Assembly: GCF_023169545.1 (NCBI RefSeq)
Contig: NZ_AP019769.1
Coordinates: forward strand, 150,001 to 182,000
Length of the DNA: 32,000 nucleotides
From: Nanobdella aerobiophila
GTDB lineage: Archaea > Nanobdellota > Nanobdellia > Nanobdellales > Nanobdellaceae
Direction of reading: 5' to 3'
Shown: in pieces, positions 26,208 to 32,000 of the stretch
Layout of the letters: every line of letters starts with the position of its first letter
Numbering within the stretch: the stretch's first letter is position 1
Translations under genes and position numbers: made by a program
The notes under the pieces: generated by a model
The model's database searches: none
What the model was told of the DNA's origin: nothing
What the model saw: only the letters and a program-made list of their open reading frames with translations

Positions 26208-27509
26208 TTAGTTAGAAAGTTGAACTATTTCGTTATATATTTTTTCTGGATCTATTTCCTTTTTATACGAGTCTATGACTATCCTAAATAATGGTTCAGT
26301 TTCGGAATATCTTACTAGTATCCTTAAGTTGTCTTTTAATAATTCTATACCATCCAGATCTCCATTTAGATCATTTAATGTATAATTGTTATTTTTTCCA
26401 TATTCTTTTACCTTTTGTACGAGATCTATATTACCTCTAGGTATATCTCTTTCTATCCATTGAAACTCCGGTATATTTACATTATTTATATTAAATCCTT
26501 TTTTCATGTATTTTAATAACATTAGTGCACCAAATAATGCGTCATCTATATAATCATTTTCTGCAAAATATATATGACCTGTATATTCTATACCTAAGAA
26601 AGCTCTATTTTGTTGACATGCGAATTTTATAAATGTGTGTCCAGGTCTTCTTACTATATCTTCTGCACCACTCTCTTTTATTAATTTTCTTAAATATATT
26701 GGTAAGGATATTTCTAGTACATATCTTCTATCCTTTTTAATAAATGGTATTATATATTTGTCCATCCCAATTCTTTCACCATCTTTACCTATTATACCCA
26801 GTCTATCTCCATCAGAATCGAACATAAATCCTATATCTAGATCGTTTTTGCTTTTCATTAAATCTTTTAATGGTTTTATATTTTCATCTTTTGATGGGTC
26901 TGGCATATGACCAGGAAAAGTACCGTCTATCTTATCATTTATAGGAACAATTTCATTTCCTAAGTCAGTTACAATATCCTTCATTAATGATAATACAGAA
27001 TTTGAAGGATCATAACCAAGTTTAAATCCAGATACAGATTTAAATTTTTTCTTTATATGCCATTTATATAATTCTATTGCATTTTCTTCTTCTATATTAC
27101 CTACTTTTTCTGATGGTTTTTCTGTTTGATATGTTAATTCTTCTATTTTTTTAATATCTTCTTGTGGTAAATCATTTCCATTGCTATTTATTGGTTTTAT
27201 TCCATTATATTCTGGAGGGTTATGAGAAGCAGTAATCATTAGTACAGGTATATTGTATACTTTTGCTAAATAATGAGCTTCTGGAGTAGAACCTACTCCA
27301 AAATCTAATATATCATGTGTATATATTAGTGTTGAAGCTAGTATATTTCTTATTCTTTCTGAATGAACTCTAATATCCCTTACTATTCCTATTGTTTCAT
27401 AGTTGTTAAAGTATTTTCCTAGTCCAAAGCCAATCTTATATATTATTTCATCTGTTAAATCCTTTCCATAAATCCCTCTTATGTCATATAGTTTAAATAC
27501 AGATGCCAT
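26208..27509 (-). CDS. phosphomannomutase/phosphoglucomutase family
   Basis: MASVFKLYDIRGIYG, VLMITASHNPPEYNGIKP (catalytic Ser), MFDSDGDRLG (metal-binding loop), RYSETEPLFRIVI (phosphate-binding loop). Confidence 0.93.
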   Translation of the reverse strand: MASVFKLYDIRGIYGKDLTDEIIYKIGFGLGKYFNNYETIGIVRDIRVHSERIRNILASTLIYTHDILDFGVGSTPEAHYLAKVYNIPVLMITASHNPPEYNGIKPINSNGNDLPQEDIKKIEELTYQTEKPSEKVGNIEEENAIELYKWHIKKKFKSVSGFKLGYDPSNSVLSLMKDIVTDLGNEIVPINDKIDGTFPGHMPDPSKDENIKPLKDLMKSKNDLDIGFMFDSDGDRLGIIGKDGERIGMDKYIIPFIKKDRRYVLEISLPIYLRKLIKESGAEDIVRRPGHTFIKFACQQNRAFLGIEYTGHIYFAENDYIDDALFGALMLLKYMKKGFNINNVNIPEFQWIERDIPRGNIDLVQKVKEYGKNNNYTLNDLNGDLDGIELLKDNLRILVRYSETEPLFRIVIDSYKKEIDPEKIYNEIVQLSN

Positions 27510-27513
27510 ACGG

Positions 27514-27732
27514 CTATTTATCCTTTGTTCTATATAAATATATCTTTCCTTTATATGATAAGTATACAAAAATGTCTATTATTATTAATAGTAAAGCTAT
27601 TAATGTAGAAATAAATATTATACTTTTTTGAGGGTTCATAATTACAGAGCTTGATAATATTATAATAACAATCAAAGTTACAATAACATTTAATATCAAA
27701 TCATATTTAGAAGCATATATTTCTCTACTCAT
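27514..27732 (-). CDS. small two-TM membrane protein
   Basis: 72 aa with two hydrophobic segments, adjacent to and in line with the phosphomutase gene. Confidence 0.45.
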   Translation of the reverse strand: MSREIYASKYDLILNVIVTLIVIIILSSSVIMNPQKSIIFISTLIALLLIIIDIFVYLSYKGKIYLYRTKDK

Positions 27733-27806
27733 AAAAAATATATATGGAATAAAAATAAAAATCTGAGCTCAAGACCTTCATCATATCTCAGACGATGAGT
27801 CTTTCT

Positions 27807-28988
27807 TCATGGATAATAATAATAATTAGAATTATTATCTGTATTCATATTATCAGATGTTTCATTATCTTTTTGCTCTACTGTTATATTATTATTTATA
27901 TCTTCTCCCTTTTTTAATTTTTCTAATTCTGTAGATAAATTTAATTCTTCGTCTACCTTAATAAACTGACCTTCTCCTAATTGTTTTTCTAATTCCCAGT
28001 CCTGTCCTTGTATACTATTTTGTATAATTATATAATTTTGTATTCCTGTACTATTCTGCATTTGTTGTATTGTACTATTTAATTGAGGTAGGAAATTACA
28101 TACAGGAATTGAATTATTTAATTGTTCACAAATAATTCCTATTTTTAACAATAATATTTGTTCTTCAGATATTAAACGATCTAGGTGATTATATAATACA
28201 AATGTTGTATTTAAATTATTCTCTCTTTCAGATTCATAATACTTCATTATTTGATCTTTTATATCTTCTTTTTCCGTAGTAATATTTGCATTGTTGTTTA
28301 TTACTGGAATAATACATGAATTGCCTATCTTTCCTATCAAAATTTCTCTTATATCATCCCAGGAAGTATTTGATGTAATATTTACATATGTGTATGATGG
28401 ACAGCTTAATATATTACCATTATATATATTATAACTAATATTTAGAGAATTTAATTGGTTTGTAATATTACCTAAATCACCATATTCTGCAGTAAATATA
28501 TATACATTACTAACATTTAATTTTTCTAATGCGTATATAGTCTCTGATGGTAATACACCATTTGGGACTATAAATATCGGAGCATCATAATTTTCTGCAT
28601 ATTGCTCAGCCTCCGTTACTAATGTAAGGTCCCTGCCCTCTACATTACTATTTACTAAATCTCTAGTTATAATTATTGCATTATTTGTACTGTTCCAGAA
28701 GTATAATGCTGCATATGCAGATGTTTCATATCTTGTAGTGCCCCATATCCAAACATAGCTTATATTTGATTCATTTAGGTCTTGTAATAATAGGTTAGAT
28801 ATTACTGCAGGCCCACCAAGGACAATTACATTTGTAACATTATTCTGTATCAATGTACTTATCGTAGAATTTATTCCTTTAGGATCTTCTGGTACGGAAT
28901 ATACAGGGATATTATACAAATTGCCTATAGAATTTCCTACTATATAATCCGCGTAGGTTATATTTGTAGTCAATATAGCAGTTACCAT
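27807..28988 (-). CDS. surface/secreted protein with cell wall-binding repeat 2 (CWB2)-like repeats
   Basis: Repeated pattern VTNVIVLGGPAVISNLLLQDLNESNISYVWIWGTTRYETS...FIVPNGVLPSETIYALEKLNVSNVYIFTAEYG. Many N-glycosylation-like sequons and a low-complexity acidic, Asn-rich tail. Confidence 0.6.
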   Translation of the reverse strand: MVTAILTTNITYADYIVGNSIGNLYNIPVYSVPEDPKGINSTISTLIQNNVTNVIVLGGPAVISNLLLQDLNESNISYVWIWGTTRYETSAYAALYFWNSTNNAIIITRDLVNSNVEGRDLTLVTEAEQYAENYDAPIFIVPNGVLPSETIYALEKLNVSNVYIFTAEYGDLGNITNQLNSLNISYNIYNGNILSCPSYTYVNITSNTSWDDIREILIGKIGNSCIIPVINNNANITTEKEDIKDQIMKYYESERENNLNTTFVLYNHLDRLISEEQILLLKIGIICEQLNNSIPVCNFLPQLNSTIQQMQNSTGIQNYIIIQNSIQGQDWELEKQLGEGQFIKVDEELNLSTELEKLKKGEDINNNITVEQKDNETSDNMNTDNNSNYYYYP

Positions 28989-29011
28989 ATATAAATTTTA
29001 TAAAAAAAGCT

Positions 29012-29872
29012 TTAAAGGTTATTCATATACTTTATTTTTTCATAAACATCATTTTCATTATTGTATACGAATCCTGCGGCAAATTTATGTCCATTACCAT
29101 TGAATATTTTTGCAATTTCTATAACATTTTTATTATTTAAAGTCCTTATCTCCCCTCTTTTAGATTTTTGATATAGTGTAATTATATAATCTGGTTTCTG
29201 ACCAAATTTTTCTCCTATATATTCTACGACATAGTTTGAAGGAATATCATATTTTGTTTTTATTATAAATATTTTGTATTTATCTTCTATTATATATAAG
29301 TCCCTGTCTATGTCTTTATAAAGATCTTTTAGTATTTTTCTGAATCTATTTAATATATTCTTATCTAATATATTATTTATATCTATATTTATCTTTTTAG
29401 CAAATGATATAAAATATAGATCAAAAGATTTTGGATAAAAATATCTTATTGCAACTATCATATCTCTTAAATCTCTTTCTAAATCATTTCTTATCATACC
29501 AGAATCTATATCGTCTATAATATATAGGTAATCATTATTTATATCCAAGTATTCTGATAATACTCTTGCTGCAGATCTATAATCTTTTATATAAACATTT
29601 ATCCTTTTTGTAATCTCATCATAATTTTTATTATGATGGTCAATCCAATATACTTCTTTAAAATATGAAGATAAATATATAGCCTCTTGATTAGTTGCAA
29701 TATCTGTTATATATACTCTTTCATTAGGATCATTATTTTCAATTACTTTTAATAGTGTTTTATTTATTAATCTAGGGCTAGAAAAATATACTTTAAATTT
29801 ATCTCCAAATTTTTTATATAATAATGATAGGGAAAATATTCCATCTAGATCCCAGTGTGTAATTGATATCAT
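29012..29872 (-). CDS. DHH-family phosphoesterase
   Basis: ITHWDLDGIFSLSLL, VYITDIA, VYWIDHHN and C-terminal GNGHKFAAGFVY (DHHA1-type glycine motif). Confidence 0.85.
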   Translation of the reverse strand: MISITHWDLDGIFSLSLLYKKFGDKFKVYFSSPRLINKTLLKVIENNDPNERVYITDIATNQEAIYLSSYFKEVYWIDHHNKNYDEITKRINVYIKDYRSAARVLSEYLDINNDYLYIIDDIDSGMIRNDLERDLRDMIVAIRYFYPKSFDLYFISFAKKINIDINNILDKNILNRFRKILKDLYKDIDRDLYIIEDKYKIFIIKTKYDIPSNYVVEYIGEKFGQKPDYIITLYQKSKRGEIRTLNNKNVIEIAKIFNGNGHKFAAGFVYNNENDVYEKIKYMNNL

Positions 29873-29902
29873 AATATAAATTTTTAGAGTAATACTTTAT
29901 AT

Positions 29903-30181
29903 ATGGTTGAAGTATTAGTGATACACATGCCTTCACAGGATAAACTAGATAAAGCAAAGGATACATTAAGTAAAGTATCTGAAATGGCAAAAAATAAGAA
30001 GCTACCAGATGGATTAAAGCTGAAGGAAATGTATTTTGACGAAAAAAACAATATTGCAGTTTGTAAGTGGGAGGCAGAAGATCCGCAAAAGTTATTAGAT
30101 ACAGCTAAGCAATTAAATGTGGATTGGGATATAAAAGTATTAGTTGGACCAAAGGAATTATATAAAAAGAAGTTATTCTAA
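29903..30181 (+). CDS. small conserved-looking hypothetical protein
   Basis: 92 aa, compact alpha/beta composition (VLVIHMPSQDKLDKAKDTL...IAVCKWEAEDPQKL), divergent promoter region shared with the DHH gene. Confidence 0.6.
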   Translation: MVEVLVIHMPSQDKLDKAKDTLSKVSEMAKNKKLPDGLKLKEMYFDEKNNIAVCKWEAEDPQKLLDTAKQLNVDWDIKVLVGPKELYKKKLF

Positions 30182-32000
30182 TTTTTTAAATTCTTCTTCA
30201 AATATTTTTTTGATTCTATCTGCTTTTTTCTCTCCTATCATATCTCTTAAATCTGCTTTCTGAGCAAGAAATATATTTTTTAGGGATTTAAACCTCTCTA
30301 GTAATTTATATGCTAAGTTTTCTCCTATCCCTGGTATTATTTTTAATATTTCTAGTTTTATTTCATCCAGATCACTGTATTTTTTTAGTTTTTCTGGTAT
30401 TTTAGGAAATTTCTTATAATTCTTTGCTAATAGATACAAATAATTTGCAGTTTCTAGAAAGTCATAGGTCCTTATTATTGGTATATCATACTCAAACATT
30501 ATTTTTAATATTAAAGTCCTCAAATAATTCTTTGTTATTTGTGTATTTAGATCTAAATTATCATCGGATCCTTCTAAAATCAATATAGAATTTAGGTCTT
30601 TTAATCTTTCTAGTTGATTATAAAGTCTACCATCTAATATAGAATTTATAAAGTCTAATATATTCTTTCTTTCTATTATATAGTCTCCAATTATATAGTC
30701 TCCTGTTTCTAGATTATCTAATTTAACTAGTATATCTGTATTCGCTAGCGTTTGTATAACTCCAGACTCTTTCTCTTTGTAATCGGCTATTATTATTGGT
30801 GTATTATCTTCTTTTGTAGTTTCTTGGCTACTATTTGATATATATTTTATTATTCCAGTATTATTTTTAGTTTCAGTTTTTTCCATTTTTGTTTCTATAT
30901 TATTATTAATATTAATGTTAATATATTTTTTTAATCTTTTTATCAATGTAAACATCTTTCTTTCCTTTTGTATCGCGACCCAATAAAATCTCTGATCTAA
31001 TGTACCCCTTGTAATTAATATTATTGTCCTTCCAATTTCTCCTCTACCTGTTCTACCTCTTCTCTGAATATATCTTATTTCTGATGGTACAGGTTCATAA
31101 AATATAACTATATCCACTTTTGGTATATCTATTCCTTCTTCTCCTACGGAGGTAGATAGTAAGACACTAAACTGATTTTCTGAAAACATCTTAAGTAATT
31201 CAGCCTGCTTTAATCTATTCATCTCTTTTTTACCGACGAATTTTTCAGCTTTTATTCCATTTTTTAAACAGACATCTTTTATTATATCTAGGGTTTTTCT
31301 TATTTGCGCAAATACAATTATTTTCTTATCCTTATTCTCTTTCAATATTTCTATTAATTTTAATAATTTTGGGTGTTCTAATCCGTGATTTATATATTCT
31401 TTCGTCAGGTTAACGGCTTTCTTTATCCTAATATCATTTATTATATTATAATCAGCTCTTGATTTTCTTATGCTATTCTCTATTTGATTATAGTAGTCTA
31501 TAAATGTACCTAAAGACTGAGTTTCTAATAATTCTATTGCATGGGAGATCTTTAATAGTTCAGATAGCAATATTATTATAATTCGTAGCCTATAATCTTT
31601 ACTATACTGCATATTCTTCTTAATTTCGGTTATCCATTGTAATATATCCGTTTTCCCCTTATATATTTCTATTGATGGATCAAGCTCCTTTACCTTATAT
31701 AATCTATCATAATATGCCTTATTTAATAATGATATTATATTCTTTATCTTATCATCTAGATCTACTTCGTACTTTTCTATATCAATATCCTTCATGTATT
31801 TTTCTATATCTTCTTCTTTTCCAGTTCTTATTTCTATGTTTTTTATATGTAAATTTTCCATTACCTCCTTTATTCTATCTATATTCCAGCCTGGAGATGC
31901 TGTTAGGGCTAGTATCCTCCCATCTTTATTTTGACTATAAAATCTTTGTGCTATAAATGTGTAAGAATATTTTTTGACTGCTCTATGTGCTTCGTCAAAT
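30173..32000 (-). CDS. hef: Hef/XPF-FANCM-type helicase-nuclease, 5' end beyond the window
   Basis: The frame stays open to 32000 (FDEAHRAVKKYSYTFIAQRF...ALTASPG). Helicase VLLSTSVGEEGIDIPKVDIVIFYEPVPSEIRYIQRRGRTGRG, nuclease GDYIIGDYIIERKNILDFINSILDGRL, HhH IPGIGENLAYKLLERF. Confidence 0.93.
   Translation of the reverse strand, partial: FDEAHRAVKKYSYTFIAQRFYSQNKDGRILALTASPGWNIDRIKEVMENLHIKNIEIRTGKEEDIEKYMKDIDIEKYEVDLDDKIKNIISLLNKAYYDRLYKVKELDPSIEIYKGKTDILQWITEIKKNMQYSKDYRLRIIIILLSELLKISHAIELLETQSLGTFIDYYNQIENSIRKSRADYNIINDIRIKKAVNLTKEYINHGLEHPKLLKLIEILKENKDKKIIVFAQIRKTLDIIKDVCLKNGIKAEKFVGKKEMNRLKQAELLKMFSENQFSVLLSTSVGEEGIDIPKVDIVIFYEPVPSEIRYIQRRGRTGRGEIGRTIILITRGTLDQRFYWVAIQKERKMFTLIKRLKKYINININNNIETKMEKTETKNNTGIIKYISNSSQETTKEDNTPIIIADYKEKESGVIQTLANTDILVKLDNLETGDYIIGDYIIERKNILDFINSILDGRLYNQLERLKDLNSILILEGSDDNLDLNTQITKNYLRTLILKIMFEYDIPIIRTYDFLETANYLYLLAKNYKKFPKIPEKLKKYSDLDEIKLEILKIIPGIGENLAYKLLERFKSLKNIFLAQKADLRDMIGEKKADRIKKIFEEEFKKLE

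Noticed and set aside
26635-26910. 91-aa plus-strand ORF in the phosphomutase gene
   Set aside because: Antisense to the conserved metal-binding and phosphate loop regions.
31672-31956. 94-aa plus-strand ORF near the window end
   Set aside because: Antisense to the open hef frame, which continues to 32000 with the DEAH motif.
1-32000. CRISPR array, rRNA operon or transposon
   Set aside because: No regularly spaced repeat units, rRNA-like GC-rich conserved blocks, transposase motifs or terminal inverted repeats were seen. The many A/T runs reflect composition.

Overview
AT-rich archaeal window. Gene content (tRNA-Pro and tRNA-Arg, ribosomal proteins L3 and L18Ae/LX, prefoldin alpha, aIF6, MetRS, TyrRS, Trm5, Hef) fits a reduced archaeal genome, possibly Nanoarchaeota/DPANN; that placement is inference only. 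Genes are tightly packed and often overlap. The main blocks are: (i) 1-2600, a toxin-antitoxin rich region with one apparently intact PIN toxin, an AAA ATPase and at least one clearly degraded VapBC pair; (ii) a secreted protein with a type IV pilin-like N-terminus fused to a ConA/LamG-like domain; (iii) a membrane and cell-surface cluster (MscS, YhfC-like protease, small membrane protein, cellulose-synthase-like GT2); (iv) an MtrA-like + ThyA-like + DUF4346-like fusion protein; (v) rhomboid, M1 aminopeptidase and a MetRS with two large insertions in its catalytic domain; (vi) a 600-bp AT-rich gap with a tandem TTTATAAAT array; (vii) tRNAs with a candidate C/D box sRNA just upstream of tRNA-Arg; (viii) a partial archaellum-type motor operon (ArlD/E-, ArlF/G-, ArlH- and ArlI-like) with no adjacent ArlJ or archaellin; (ix) a frameshifted nucleoside phosphorylase; (x) a CWB2-like surface protein, a DHH phosphoesterase and Hef. 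No CRISPR array, rRNA or obvious transposon was found. No complete new defence system is evident. The strongest leads are the pilin-lectin fusion, the detached archaellum motor operon, the C/D sRNA candidate, the TATA array locus and the decayed genes.
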